NCBI GenBank assembly: GCA_023554445.1
Contig: JAMJQQ010000124.1
Span: 14,419 to 78,418, forward strand
DNA: 64,000 nt
Reading direction: 5' to 3'
Origin: Candidatus Carthagonibacter metallireducens
GTDB taxonomy: Bacteria > Gemmatimonadota > Gemmatimonadetes > Palauibacterales > Palauibacteraceae
The notes beneath the pieces were generated by a model. It was not told where the DNA came from and did not search any database. It saw only the letters and a program-made list of their open reading frames with translations. The translations under genes and the position numbers were made by a program. Within the stretch, counting starts at the first letter, position 1. The number at the start of each line of letters is the position of its first letter. Below are positions 28,007 to 38,589 of this stretch, in pieces.

Positions 28007-28926
28007 GTATTCCGGGGCACGATGATGCGGCCGGCGAGCGGATCGATCTCCGCTTCGATCGGTGTTTCGCCGCGGGCTTCGCCGTCCACCTGCGCGGCCA
28101 CCGGCGGATCTGACTCCACCCGGACTCGCTGCGCCTGCAGAAAGATCATTCGCTCGTCGCCCGAGTAGCGTTTCAAGGCCACTTTCCACAGCATCGCGGC
28201 CATGTCGGGCAGGTGGCGCGGGGCGAATACCGCCACATCGAGCAGCCCGTCCTGAAATGACGTCTTCGGGGCGACCTGCACTTCCACCGGAAGCGATCCG
28301 GCACCGAGAAGGCCGGCATTGGCGAGCAGCACCATCACCGCCTGGACCTCGATCTCCTGGTCGTCGGCCGTGATCCGGTAGGTAATCGGTTTCGCCGTCA
28401 CCACGTTCTTGAGACCGGCATAGAAATAGGCGAGCACTCCGAGTCGACTCTTCATCTCGGTCGTCGTCTCCGCCATCACGCTCGCGTCCAGACCCGCTCC
28501 GGCTATCAACGCGAACCGCTCTTCGCCGATCCGGCCGAGGTCTATTCTCTCGATCGCGCCCTCGACCGCGACTCGGATCGCCTCCTCCAGCGACAGGGGA
28601 ATACCGAAGTTCAGTGCCAGCTGGTTGCCGGTACCGAAAGGAAGGATGCCGACCGGAGTGGTGCTGCCTGCCGTGCCGCGCAACGCCAGCGCGATCGTGC
28701 CATCTCCACCAGCGGCGAGAACCGCCCTGAATCCCCTCAGCGCGGCCGTACGCACCACGGCGAGGCCCTCCTCCGGCGTCGAGGTTTCGACGATGTCGAA
28801 GGGGACGCCACGCGCCGACATGGCACCGCCGATCCGACGGCGGAGGGCGGCCGGCTGCCCCCCGGCGGCCCGCGGATTCACGAGCACCAGGTAGCGTTCG
28901 GAATCGGGTATCGGAAACTCAACCAA
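28003..28926 (-). CDS. Diacylglycerol/lipid kinase family (YegS-like)
   Basis: NP.A.G, GGDGT, P.GTGN, G.GLDA, DGLLD, QVDGE. Confidence 0.9.
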   Translation of the reverse strand: MVEFPIPDSERYLVLVNPRAAGGQPAALRRRIGGAMSARGVPFDIVETSTPEEGLAVVRTAALRGFRAVLAAGGDGTIALALRGTAGSTTPVGILPFGTGNQLALNFGIPLSLEEAIRVAVEGAIERIDLGRIGEERFALIAGAGLDASVMAETTTEMKSRLGVLAYFYAGLKNVVTAKPITYRITADDQEIEVQAVMVLLANAGLLGAGSLPVEVQVAPKTSFQDGLLDVAVFAPRHLPDMAAMLWKVALKRYSGDERMIFLQAQRVRVESDPPVAAQVDGEARGETPIEAEIDPLAGRIIVPRNT

Positions 28927-28992
28927 TTTGCTCAGCCGTCGATCTGGAGGTTCTTGCGATTGTCATACGTCGGCGGCCGTGCCCGGAATGTA

Positions 28993-31900
28993 TCAGAAGG
29001 CCCACTCGCGAAACAGCAGGAAGCCCCAGGTACGGTCACTGTAGGTGCTGAAGCTGTAGCCGTAAGAGGCGTACCGGTTGAATCTGTCCTCCGTCCTGAA
29101 TTCCAGTCGCCAGGAAGGAAGAAACGCCCAGTCGACAGTCATTCCCGGGAGCCGTCCTCCGAGGGGCTGGGTAACCTTGACGAACAGGTCCGGAGTCAGG
29201 TACCGGCCGATCTCGATCTCGGTCCCGTACAGGAGGTTCGACTGACCGGTCTCCAGCTCCCGCTCGGTGGCGCCGGAAGAGCGGATATCCACGTAGTCCA
29301 CCAGGCCGACGCCTCCGACGAGGACCTGGGAGACCTGGCTGCTCACCGATCCCAGGAGTCCCTCCCGGACGAGGGACGTGGCGAACTGGCCGCCCTGGTT
29401 CGAGGCACCGAAGCAGGCCGATGAAAACAGCAGGTAGCAGATCCGATCGGACTCGGGCAGAGGCGGATCACTGCTGGTCGTCATCGTAGGCGACAGCGCC
29501 GAGCCCCCTACGTGCACCCGAATCGTCACCTGCCCGATCTCGCCACGGGCCCGGTATTCGGCATCTATGTCCAGGTTCGGGTCCAGACCCGGTGTTCCGA
29601 CGAAGGTGATCGCGCCCCGGTCGATCTGCAGTTGGCGGGAATAGAGGCTCGAGAGATCAGTCCCCGTGCCCGACACGTATCTGAATTTCCCCCGGGGCAG
29701 GTTGAGGGTACCGAGCGCCGTCAGGTCGCCCCGCGCCCGATCCATGTGCAACTCGATATCGCCCGAGAGCTCCACGTCGAGGGCGCTCGATCGAAGCCAG
29801 AAATCGGGTCCGACCGCGAGGTTCACGTCGAGCTTCAGATTCTGCATGAACGGGTTGTCGATCCGGCCGAGAATCCGCTGGTCACGTACGATCACCGTGT
29901 CCAGCAGCGCGTAGACCGAGGGATCGGTCAGGTCTACCACCTGTCTCTCGCGCACGAACCGCTCGGCCTGCACCTCGCCGCGTGACACCCGGAAGTCGCC
30001 GGCCACCTCGGGTCGGGTGTAGGAACCCTGGAGCGTTCCCGCGCCGTCAATCGTCGTTCGCATGGTTCGCCGGTCCATTCCGACGAATCGATCGGCCGAG
30101 AACGCGAGATCGAAGGTGATGTCGGTCGGGTCCCGGACCCCCACGTGACCGGCGACGACGGCCGTTCCCCCGGCCGAGGAGCGCACGCTCAGCGTATCGA
30201 CCCGGGCATCGGCCCCGGCGAAGACCAGGCGACCGATCGCGTCCCGGAGCCGGATTCCCAGCGAAGGCACCGTGGCCGCGGCGTCGTGGAATCGTGTCTC
30301 GCCGTCGAAGCGCAGCTCGCCCGGCTTTCCGGTGACCCGGAAGCTCCCCAGAGCGTAACCCTGCACGTCTCTGAGAGACTCGACCCGCAACTCGACCGCG
30401 GTCAGTGGCATGCTGTCCACCACCACCATCAGGTCGATCGGCTCGTCCAGGACCCGCCGCTCCACGTCGCGGAACGAGAGATCGACACGGAGAAAGCCAT
30501 CGACCCGAGCGATTTCCGTGTCGTTGGTCACCAGCGCCGAGTTCACCGCCAGACGGCGACCGGCATAGCTCAGATCGGTGGTCAGTCTTTCGTATCCGAT
30601 CCCGCGGATCGAAGGGGCGTCGATCGTCGCGTCCAGCTCTGCGAGGGGGGCGTCCGCGGTTCCGCGAACCTGAACGTCGATATCGATGGTGCCCCTCAGG
30701 CCGAGGGGATTGCCCGGCGCTTCCAGGAAGTTCTCGAGGTGCAGGCTCCGGGCCGTCAGGTCGAGTGCCGCCTGCCCGGAATCGGGGATCGCGCCTTCCA
30801 GTTCCAGGAAGGTCCCGTCGGCGCCGTCGAGTCGAACGCCTCTCGCCGTGAGGCCGGTCTCTCCGTACGTGATGAGGGCCGTGTCGGCGAGCGTCAGGCT
30901 GCGACCCGCACCGACGAGATGCAGCCGATCGAGTCGGAAGGCCTTCTGGCGATCCGTCCACAGGATTCCGTTGCTGGAGTCCACCTCCAGCGTCGAATCA
31001 CGCCGCGCATAGAAGGAGACCTCGTGACTCTCCGCGGTGTGACGCGTCCACCGGACGTCCAGGGTGTCGAGGGTGCGACCGTAGATGCTCGCCTCGAACG
31101 CAGAACCATGCGCGACCAGTGAATCGGGGTCCGTGGGGTCTGGAAGGTCGAGCGTTACCTGTATCGAGTCGGTTCGGATTTCCCCCCAGGCGAGATCCCG
31201 GGCGAACGCCCGACCGCCGAAAGAGAAGTCGGCCACGTTTCCGTACAGCACGCCCAGTGCCTCGAGACTTCCCGACAGTGTATCGGGAAGCGCCTCCAGA
31301 GTCTCCGGCACCGGACCTTCGTCGGTCGGCGCAAAAGCCTCGAACAGTTCCGTCACGTCATCCTCGATCCGCGCCGGGTTGCGACCCTCCACCGTCCACG
31401 CGTTCCACTCCGACAGGTCGGGAATCGCGATGTCCAGGACGAGTGAACCGCTCGTGTTCTCGGTGAGACCGAAGGCCCCGCGCCCATCCACGGCACCCGC
31501 CTGCGAGCGGATCGCGAAGGTGTCGGCTCGGGCCAGCCCATCTGCGAGGGTGAATCGGATGATGCTCGTATCCACCCGGGCCCCTTCGAACAGCGACGGA
31601 AGAAGACGCAAGTCGAACTGGGCTTCGAGAGTGGCCGGATCGGTGCCCGTCCCGGAGACCCGTCCTTCGACCGCGAGCCGTGTCGCAGGCCCCGATTCGA
31701 TCCACTCGGACAGCTGGATGTCCCGGGCGAGCAGGGTCGCGTCATAGCTCTGCAGCTCGGAGACGAGGTCGAATTGTCCGGTAAAGCTGAGCTGTCCACG
31801 CGGGGTGCCCAGATCGGTTTCGATCTTCAGGTCGTCCAGCGGCCCTCGCGCCGAGAACGGTCCGCGGACCTCGCTCAGCACCGATACGCCTTCGGGAAGC

Positions 31901-33525
31901 ACCGGCTCCACGATCGCCAGTATCAGGGGATCGAATTCGAACGCGACGTCCACCTCGCGGTCGCCTTCCAGGTCGACCATTCCGCCGCCTGCCAGCACCG
32001 ATGGCTTGTGCTCCGGCAGGGTGTGCGAGATCTCGGTGTCGAAGCGGAATCGTCCACCGGCGATTCCATCGAACGTTGCCGAGCCCGTGGCGCGACCCGG
32101 CAACTCGTTATCCAGTCCGACGATACCCGCCCAGCGCGGTTCGAAGCTTCGCAGGGTGAGGTCGAGCTCCGACATGCGACGGGGCTCGACGACCGCAATT
32201 CCTCCCCGCGCTCCGAGGAACGATGGAGCCGCCTCCTCCGTCGAAGGCGGATCGCGGATCGTGAGCTCTGCGTCGACCGTGAGAAGCGTGATCGGGCCGC
32301 TGCCCTCGACCGGACCTTCCAGGAAGCCGTCCGGCCCCTCCTCGATCTCGAGCACTTCGTTTACGAGGGCGAGACGCAGCGGCTGGAGATCCACGTCCAG
32401 CCGTTCGAACCGGGGCACGGATTCGAGGGCCGCAGTGAAGTCTCCCCGCACTCGGGAGTCGTCCACCCGGATGTCGCCGTTCCTGGCCTCCACGACGATC
32501 GTCTCGCCGCGGGTGAACAGGTGCAGGTCTGCCGGTCCGCCGCCACGCGCAGGAACAGGCAGCGGAATCCACTGCAGATCCGCGAACCCCACGTCGCGGG
32601 CTTCGAGATCGAAGTCGAACTGAACCGGATCCACCGGGTGAACCCAGCCGGAGCCCGACAGCGCCGACTCGGCGAGCTCGATGGCATCGAGACGGATGTC
32701 CACCGTATCGGAGATCTCGACCGATCCATCCAGTGAAACCACGTCGAGGGTCTGCGTCACGACTTCCGCCTCGGCCGACACGCCCTCCATGTCGAAGCGC
32801 AGCGGTCGCACCGGGTCGACGATCCGGATCAGCGGAAACCGGCCGGAAAGTCGATGGAGCAGCAGCTCCCGCTCGTAACGATCCGGGCCCGTGGTTCGAA
32901 CCCGCCACAGTCGATCTCCCCGCAGTCCCTGTGCGACGGCGCTGTCCCGGGCGGCGCCCGTGAGGCCCGTGGCCCACGGCACGTGTACCTCGACTTCTCC
33001 CTCCCTGACCAGCACATCGGAAAGCAGTATGCGATCGTTTCCCTGTCGACCATCGTCGATCGTATCGGGCTCCGCGGGTTCCTCGTCGCCGAAGATCCGG
33101 TCGAAATTCCAGCGCCCGTCCTCGTGCTGGCGAAGCACGAGCCTCACGCGCTCCATCGACACGTCGTCGAAGCGGAACGTGCCGAGCGCGAGGCTGAGCG
33201 GGTTGTAGTGAAGGCGCACGCTGTCGATTCCGACGAACAGGCGGCCGTCGGGATCGGTGATCTCGAATCGCTCAACCAGCGCATGCGTGAACAGATTGCC
33301 ACCGAGGATCGGTCCGATCCTCACTCCCCCGTTCACGGTGCCCTCGAGGGCATCGACCACGAGATCCGCGACCGCCTGCCGACCGACCACCGTCTGACTC
33401 AGCAGCAGCAAAGAGCCCGCCGCGGTCAGAAAGGCGATACCGACCAGGCCGAGTGCGACCCGGGTCAGCGATCCCGCCAGCCGGCCGGCTGCTCGCGACA
33501 CCGCGGAGAGGGCCTTGTTCGCCAT
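28993..33525 (-). CDS. tamB: Translocation/assembly module TamB-like protein
   Basis: 1510 aa, N-terminal anchor, beta-rich body, C-terminal DUF490-like region (NPNLDI.A, SDPPL, GRYLTPDLFV); follows an Omp85 gene. Confidence 0.85.
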   Translation of the reverse strand: MANKALSAVSRAAGRLAGSLTRVALGLVGIAFLTAAGSLLLLSQTVVGRQAVADLVVDALEGTVNGGVRIGPILGGNLFTHALVERFEITDPDGRLFVGIDSVRLHYNPLSLALGTFRFDDVSMERVRLVLRQHEDGRWNFDRIFGDEEPAEPDTIDDGRQGNDRILLSDVLVREGEVEVHVPWATGLTGAARDSAVAQGLRGDRLWRVRTTGPDRYERELLLHRLSGRFPLIRIVDPVRPLRFDMEGVSAEAEVVTQTLDVVSLDGSVEISDTVDIRLDAIELAESALSGSGWVHPVDPVQFDFDLEARDVGFADLQWIPLPVPARGGGPADLHLFTRGETIVVEARNGDIRVDDSRVRGDFTAALESVPRFERLDVDLQPLRLALVNEVLEIEEGPDGFLEGPVEGSGPITLLTVDAELTIRDPPSTEEAAPSFLGARGGIAVVEPRRMSELDLTLRSFEPRWAGIVGLDNELPGRATGSATFDGIAGGRFRFDTEISHTLPEHKPSVLAGGGMVDLEGDREVDVAFEFDPLILAIVEPVLPEGVSVLSEVRGPFSARGPLDDLKIETDLGTPRGQLSFTGQFDLVSELQSYDATLLARDIQLSEWIESGPATRLAVEGRVSGTGTDPATLEAQFDLRLLPSLFEGARVDTSIIRFTLADGLARADTFAIRSQAGAVDGRGAFGLTENTSGSLVLDIAIPDLSEWNAWTVEGRNPARIEDDVTELFEAFAPTDEGPVPETLEALPDTLSGSLEALGVLYGNVADFSFGGRAFARDLAWGEIRTDSIQVTLDLPDPTDPDSLVAHGSAFEASIYGRTLDTLDVRWTRHTAESHEVSFYARRDSTLEVDSSNGILWTDRQKAFRLDRLHLVGAGRSLTLADTALITYGETGLTARGVRLDGADGTFLELEGAIPDSGQAALDLTARSLHLENFLEAPGNPLGLRGTIDIDVQVRGTADAPLAELDATIDAPSIRGIGYERLTTDLSYAGRRLAVNSALVTNDTEIARVDGFLRVDLSFRDVERRVLDEPIDLMVVVDSMPLTAVELRVESLRDVQGYALGSFRVTGKPGELRFDGETRFHDAAATVPSLGIRLRDAIGRLVFAGADARVDTLSVRSSAGGTAVVAGHVGVRDPTDITFDLAFSADRFVGMDRRTMRTTIDGAGTLQGSYTRPEVAGDFRVSRGEVQAERFVRERQVVDLTDPSVYALLDTVIVRDQRILGRIDNPFMQNLKLDVNLAVGPDFWLRSSALDVELSGDIELHMDRARGDLTALGTLNLPRGKFRYVSGTGTDLSSLYSRQLQIDRGAITFVGTPGLDPNLDIDAEYRARGEIGQVTIRVHVGGSALSPTMTTSSDPPLPESDRICYLLFSSACFGASNQGGQFATSLVREGLLGSVSSQVSQVLVGGVGLVDYVDIRSSGATERELETGQSNLLYGTEIEIGRYLTPDLFVKVTQPLGGRLPGMTVDWAFLPSWRLEFRTEDRFNRYASYGYSFSTYSDRTWGFLLFREWAF

Positions 33526-33526
33526 C

Positions 33527-35698
33527 TCAGAAGGCCTCGCCGATCGAGAACTGAAGCTGGATTCGGCGCCAGACCTCGGTCAGGAGCGAAGGATCGTCCC
33601 AGGTGAACGGGTCGTAGAGCACATCGTCTTCGAGTTCCACGATCTCCCCCGTCTCGGACCGGACCGCAACGACGGGCTTGAACTTGGTTCCGGTCGTGTT
33701 GTATCCGAGGTCCATGCGCAAGGGGCCCACCGGACTGTTGAACCGGATTCCGACGCCCGGTGTGGCTACGAGCTGAACGTCGTCGTCCACTCCCTGCCAG
33801 ACCTGGCCCGCGTCGATGAACCCCACCACGGTGAGCCGACCGCTGACCGGGAATCGGAGCTCGGCCGACCCCTCGAAGAGTGCGTTGCCCCCGACCGGCC
33901 GTTCATCGAATTCGTTCGGGGCCAGGGCATTCGCGCAGGCCTGGAGCTCCTCCGGCGTCAGGTTGGACGCACCGCAGTCCTCCAGATCCGAGATGACGAG
34001 AACGGTCGGACCGAGCAGGTTGAGTCCGAACCCTCGGACGCTCTGCGGGCCGCCGGCGAAGAAGCGCTTCGTGGGGTGGATGATCTCCACGCCTTCCTCG
34101 TCGCCACCGAATACGCTCGACGACACCCCCTGCACGCCACCGAATCGCAATCGCATCGCGAGCACGGCATCTCCGAACACCGGCCTGAACCCGGCGGTCT
34201 CGACGCTGGCTCGCAGGTACCGGTAGTCAGAGCCGGTGAATACCGCAGCCATCTCCCCGTCGGCGGCCACGTAGTAGCCCGACGTGGTCCAGAGCGGACT
34301 ATCGGTCCGGTTCAGGGCCCAGAGCACTCCGAGGGGCGAAAGCCAGTTGCTCTCGGTGAGTAGCGCGATATCGTCGGGGGTGCAGAGGCCGAAGTTCACG
34401 CAGAAGTAGATGTCGGCCGACTGCCCGCCGAAGGAGGTCAGCTCCGGCCGGTAGGACGGCCGCAGGGACATCCGGGGCGCGAGGCGGAAGTTGAATGCGA
34501 GCTCTCCGCCTACCGAGGTTCGGACGTAGAGATCGGGCACTGTCTCGCGTTCCGTGAAAAGCCGGGCCTGGAGGGAGTTGCGACTGTCCGACAGGACAGG
34601 CTGCAGAAACGAGAAGTCGACCAGCCAGTTGAGCTCCTGGTAGACCGGGTCATCGCTCGTTCCGTTGCAGGGAAAAGTCCCGTCCAGCTGTTTCGCGAGC
34701 AGGTTCGAGAGTCGACCCGTGACCCGCATCGTTCGACCGCCTCCAAAGAAATTCCGGTTGATCAGCTGGGCCTGGAGCTCGACGCATTCGTCCGTCTGAA
34801 CGCCGAAGCCGGTGCGCACGGCCCGGCGTGGGGCGGTCGCCACCTGGACGCTCAGGTCGATCACCGAATCGCTGGCCCTCTCCGAGGTGATGTTGGCGTA
34901 GCGGAATGCCTCGAGGTTGAACAGCCGGCGCTGGCTCTCGATCACCCTGGATTCTCGAAACCAGTCGCCGGTCTTGAAGTCCAGAAGGGAGTAGACCACC
35001 TCGTCCCCGACGTCGGCCGATCCCTGGATCTCGACTTCGCCGACACGGACTCGTGGACCGGGATCGACTCGCAGGGTTACGGCTGCGGCGAGAGAGTCCC
35101 TCGGAATGAAGTAGTCCCGCAGCACCGCCGCATCGACGTAGCCTTCCCGCCGAAGGTCGTCGGCGATCGCGGCCTCGCCCTGTTGCAGAGCCACGAGGTC
35201 GAGCCGATCACCCACACCGATCGGCAGGCCCGACACCACGGCCGCCGAGTCGATCGCCTCGCCCCGCACCTGGACGTCGATTCTGGAGATCAGCGTCGGG
35301 TCGTTCTCGTGAACCTTGAAGATGACCTCGGCCCTGTCAGCCGTCCGCGTCACCACCGTGTCGACACGCGCCTGGCGGAATCCACGCTGCCGGTAGTAGA
35401 GCTCGAGCCGCACTACGTCCAATGGCAGCTCGCCCTCGTCCAGATACTCGCGCGTGTGTGCGAAGCCCCAGTCGGTCAGGGGACAGAAGGGAAACGGAAA
35501 CTGGAACAGGAAGCTCTTGCAGCGGGTCTGGTCCGTCAGGATCGCCCGACGCAGGTCCTTCTCCGGGAACGACGCGTTGCCCTCGAAGGTGATCTCTGTG
35601 ATCTCCCGGTCGGCCAGCCCCTGGGATCGCAGTGGAGCCGGCCCGGCGAGAAGAATGCCGAGAAACAGAACGGGTAGCGCACGGGCCGGTAGGCGCAC
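33527..35698 (-). CDS. BamA/TamA family outer-membrane protein
   Basis: POTRA-like repeats, RFFAGG..SVRGF, PVGPLRMD.G, terminal FSIGEAF; GTG at 35698 preferred over overlapping 35770. Confidence 0.9.
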   Translation of the reverse strand: MRLPARALPVLFLGILLAGPAPLRSQGLADREITEITFEGNASFPEKDLRRAILTDQTRCKSFLFQFPFPFCPLTDWGFAHTREYLDEGELPLDVVRLELYYRQRGFRQARVDTVVTRTADRAEVIFKVHENDPTLISRIDVQVRGEAIDSAAVVSGLPIGVGDRLDLVALQQGEAAIADDLRREGYVDAAVLRDYFIPRDSLAAAVTLRVDPGPRVRVGEVEIQGSADVGDEVVYSLLDFKTGDWFRESRVIESQRRLFNLEAFRYANITSERASDSVIDLSVQVATAPRRAVRTGFGVQTDECVELQAQLINRNFFGGGRTMRVTGRLSNLLAKQLDGTFPCNGTSDDPVYQELNWLVDFSFLQPVLSDSRNSLQARLFTERETVPDLYVRTSVGGELAFNFRLAPRMSLRPSYRPELTSFGGQSADIYFCVNFGLCTPDDIALLTESNWLSPLGVLWALNRTDSPLWTTSGYYVAADGEMAAVFTGSDYRYLRASVETAGFRPVFGDAVLAMRLRFGGVQGVSSSVFGGDEEGVEIIHPTKRFFAGGPQSVRGFGLNLLGPTVLVISDLEDCGASNLTPEELQACANALAPNEFDERPVGGNALFEGSAELRFPVSGRLTVVGFIDAGQVWQGVDDDVQLVATPGVGIRFNSPVGPLRMDLGYNTTGTKFKPVVAVRSETGEIVELEDDVLYDPFTWDDPSLLTEVWRRIQLQFSIGEAF

Positions 35699-35708
35699 GG
35701 GCCGTTCG

Positions 35709-36554
35709 TTACGTCCCCGGGGACGATTCCCCGACCGACGGACCCTTGAGCCGGACGAAGAGCCAGCCACCGAACAGAATCAGGCCGACGCTGATCAGCT
35801 GCGCCAGCGTGAGGAATCCGAAGAAGCGGTCATCCTTGGCCCGGAAGAACTCGACCACCAGTCGCTCGACACCTGCCAGGGCGAGCCAGAGCGCGAACAG
35901 CCTGCCGGCCTGCCAGGGCTCTCGACGCAGCCGCCAGAGGATCGCGAAGATCAGAAGCGACATGCCGATCTCATACAGCTGTGTCGGGTGCACGGCGAGC
36001 ACGGCCGAATCGGGAATCGAAGCAGGCACGTCCACTCCGAACATCCGTCGCAGATTGCCGGCCGTGCTCGGCGGGCTGCCGTTGGGAAACGCGATCCCGA
36101 CCCAGCTCTCGGTGGGACGTCCGTAGTCGTCGCCGACGAGAAAACACCCCATTCGTCCGACCGCATACGCCAGGGCCAGGGCCGGCGCGCAGATGTCGGC
36201 GAGAACCGGAACCGCCGCTCCGCGCCTGCGGATCGCGACGATCACGCCGATCGCACCGCCTATGAACCCTCCGTACCAGACCAGGCCTGCTCGCGAGAAG
36301 AGCATGCCGAACGGATCCTGGACGGTCTGAGGCCAGTTGAGCAGCACGTAGTAGATCTTCGCGCCCACGATCCCGCCGATGATCGCACCCATCAGCACAT
36401 CGCCGGCGAGGTCCTCGTCCATTCCCTTCCGGCGCAACTCCACGCGCACGATCCAGAATCCGGTCAGGAAGGAAAGCGCCATCATCACGCCGAAAGAGGT
36501 GATCGTGACGGATCCGAGGATCGGGAGGTCGAGGGTGATCAGTTCGGGGTACAT
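35709..36554 (-). CDS. lgt: Prolipoprotein diacylglyceryl transferase
   Basis: GLVWYGG, GRMGCF, HPTQLYE, ERL.VEFFR. Confidence 0.93.
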   Translation of the reverse strand: MYPELITLDLPILGSVTITSFGVMMALSFLTGFWIVRVELRRKGMDEDLAGDVLMGAIIGGIVGAKIYYVLLNWPQTVQDPFGMLFSRAGLVWYGGFIGGAIGVIVAIRRRGAAVPVLADICAPALALAYAVGRMGCFLVGDDYGRPTESWVGIAFPNGSPPSTAGNLRRMFGVDVPASIPDSAVLAVHPTQLYEIGMSLLIFAILWRLRREPWQAGRLFALWLALAGVERLVVEFFRAKDDRFFGFLTLAQLISVGLILFGGWLFVRLKGPSVGESSPGT

Positions 36555-37657
36555 GTGACTCCTAGATTCGCCCCGCGCCGCGGCGCATTCGAATCACGCC
36601 TGCCCAGGCCGGGGAAGGCGAGCGAAGGATCGGCGTTGAGATCCAGGCCGGACCGCTCGCCGAGCGACAACCGGTGTTCCGCGAGACGTGCGACCATGGC
36701 AGCATTGTCCGCGGCGAGGCGGAGAGATGGCGCGAACAGCTCACCTCCGCGCGTTGCGAGGGCGATCTCGAGCCGGGAGCGCAAGATTCCGTTCCGCGCG
36801 ACACCACCGCCGAGAAGCACCCGTCCACAGCCCGACCACTCGACAGCCCGGATCACTTTGCCGACCAGGGTATCGACCACGGCTGCCTGGAACTCCGCCG
36901 CGAGATCGGGCACCCGTTGCTCGAAACTCACGTCCTTCTCGGCCTCCAGCTCGGCGGCCAGAAGCGAGGTCGCCGTCTTGAGCCCACTGAAGGAGAAGTC
37001 GAAGTAGGCCGGGTCAGCCGGCGAGTCCCGTCCGGAGAGCATCGGGCGGGGAAGCGAGTACCGCCCGGCTTCTCCCGCGCGGCTCACGCGCTCGATCTCC
37101 GGTCCGCCGGGATACCCGAGACCGAGCCGGCGTGCCACCTTGTCGAACGCCTCACCGGCCGCGTCGTCGCGTGTCTCGCCGAGCAGTTCGTAGCGACCCC
37201 ACTCTTCCGCGAACAGGAGCAGCGTGTGCCCGCCCGAGACCAGCAGCGCGACGAAGGGAGGACGAGCCCCGGGCGATTCCAGGGAGTTCGCGAACAGGTG
37301 AGCTTCCATGTGGTGCACGCCGAGCAGGGGCAGACCTCGCGCCCAGGCGAATCCCTTCGCCCAGTTCAGGCCGACGAGCAGGGCGCCGATCAGGCCGGGT
37401 CCGGCCGTGACACCTACGCCGGATAGAACCCCGGCGTCGAGGCCCGCCTGCGAGAGAGTGGCTTCGACCACCGCATCGAGCTGCCGCAGATGGGCGCGAG
37501 CCGCGATCTCCGGTACGACGCCGCCGAATTCCTGATGGGCGTCCTGCGACAGTATGACGTGGGCGAGCACCTCGCCGTTCGATACGACCGCGGCCGAGGT
37601 CTCATCACAGGATGATTCGATGCCAAGAACCGGCCCGAACCCGGAGGCGGACTTCAC
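36539..37657 (-). CDS. tsaD: t6A37 threonylcarbamoyltransferase TsaD
   Basis: GIESSCDET, GGVVPE.A.R.H, HHMEAH, SGGHT, DDAAGEAFDK, DNAAM. Confidence 0.97.
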   Translation of the reverse strand: MKSASGFGPVLGIESSCDETSAAVVSNGEVLAHVILSQDAHQEFGGVVPEIAARAHLRQLDAVVEATLSQAGLDAGVLSGVGVTAGPGLIGALLVGLNWAKGFAWARGLPLLGVHHMEAHLFANSLESPGARPPFVALLVSGGHTLLLFAEEWGRYELLGETRDDAAGEAFDKVARRLGLGYPGGPEIERVSRAGEAGRYSLPRPMLSGRDSPADPAYFDFSFSGLKTATSLLAAELEAEKDVSFEQRVPDLAAEFQAAVVDTLVGKVIRAVEWSGCGRVLLGGGVARNGILRSRLEIALATRGGELFAPSLRLAADNAAMVARLAEHRLSLGERSGLDLNADPSLAFPGLGRRDSNAPRRGANLGVTCTPN

Positions 37658-38583
37658 GATGCCGGTCCGGGTTGCACGAAGACCTCCGCGGGCATGAAGC
37701 GCACGGAAACGAAGCCCGAATCGGCGATCGCCGTGCCCAGGGGAATCCGGGTCGGGAGGTCCTCGACGCTCTCCGGACGCACCTCGACGACATCGAGCGC
37801 CTCGAGCCTGCGGCGGACTGCCCGTGCCGCCCCGCGTATCACGGCGTCCACGCTGTCCGGTGTCACGATGAGCCCCTCGGTGCCGGCTCCGATCAACCGG
37901 ACTGGCACGCGACGAGTCATTATGAGGAGCGAATCGACTTCGACCGTCACGAGCGCAGAAGACGGATCCACGCTGACGCTTCTCACCCCGGTCGGAAGCT
38001 CGATCGGCAGGTCCCGCATGATCGTATTCGAGACCTCTTCGAGCTGGATGCGGCGAGTGGCAACCCGCGTGATGCTCTCCACCTCCGATGCGGGCCCGCG
38101 AACGGTAACCGTGTCCGGCGAAACCAGGATCGGACGCAAGACCGTGTATCCCGTCGCCGGAATCGCGTCGATTTCCGCCACCACCGGCACGCGACGTTCC
38201 GCCCTTCGTTCGAATTGCAGATCCAGCGAGCGGGGCACGACTGAGGTGGGACGCACGTCGAGCTCTCTGTCGTATCGCACCCGCGAGAGATCCAATTCCA
38301 CCTGCATCCCGGTATCGGGAACAGAATCGATCACGATCGGGATCTCGGGCACGTTGACCAGGAGGGCCGCGAGGTCCCTGTTCCGACCCTGGAAGGTCGT
38401 ACTCACTTCGGTCGGCGCGTTCACCAGCACCCAGGCCGAGTCCAGCACCTCGACGGTCACGAGGGTCCGGACCGGCTGAGATTGTCTCTCATCGGCGCTC
38501 AGGCTCAGCCAGAGCAGCGATACGATCACGAAAGCCGCCAGCTTGTAGCCCCAGTTCGAAAAGACTGCCGCTCGCAGGTCCAC
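37654..38583 (-). CDS. CdaR/YbbR-like domain protein
   Basis: NW.YKL.A...LLW N-terminal anchor; P..V.V.GP repeats. Confidence 0.8.
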   Translation of the reverse strand: MDLRAAVFSNWGYKLAAFVIVSLLWLSLSADERQSQPVRTLVTVEVLDSAWVLVNAPTEVSTTFQGRNRDLAALLVNVPEIPIVIDSVPDTGMQVELDLSRVRYDRELDVRPTSVVPRSLDLQFERRAERRVPVVAEIDAIPATGYTVLRPILVSPDTVTVRGPASEVESITRVATRRIQLEEVSNTIMRDLPIELPTGVRSVSVDPSSALVTVEVDSLLIMTRRVPVRLIGAGTEGLIVTPDSVDAVIRGAARAVRRRLEALDVVEVRPESVEDLPTRIPLGTAIADSGFVSVRFMPAEVFVQPGPAS

Positions 38584-38589
38584 GCTGGC

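Noticed and set aside
28927-28992. Additional ECF promoter upstream of the lipid kinase
   Set aside because: CGTAT is present but there is no AAC at the correct -35 spacing.
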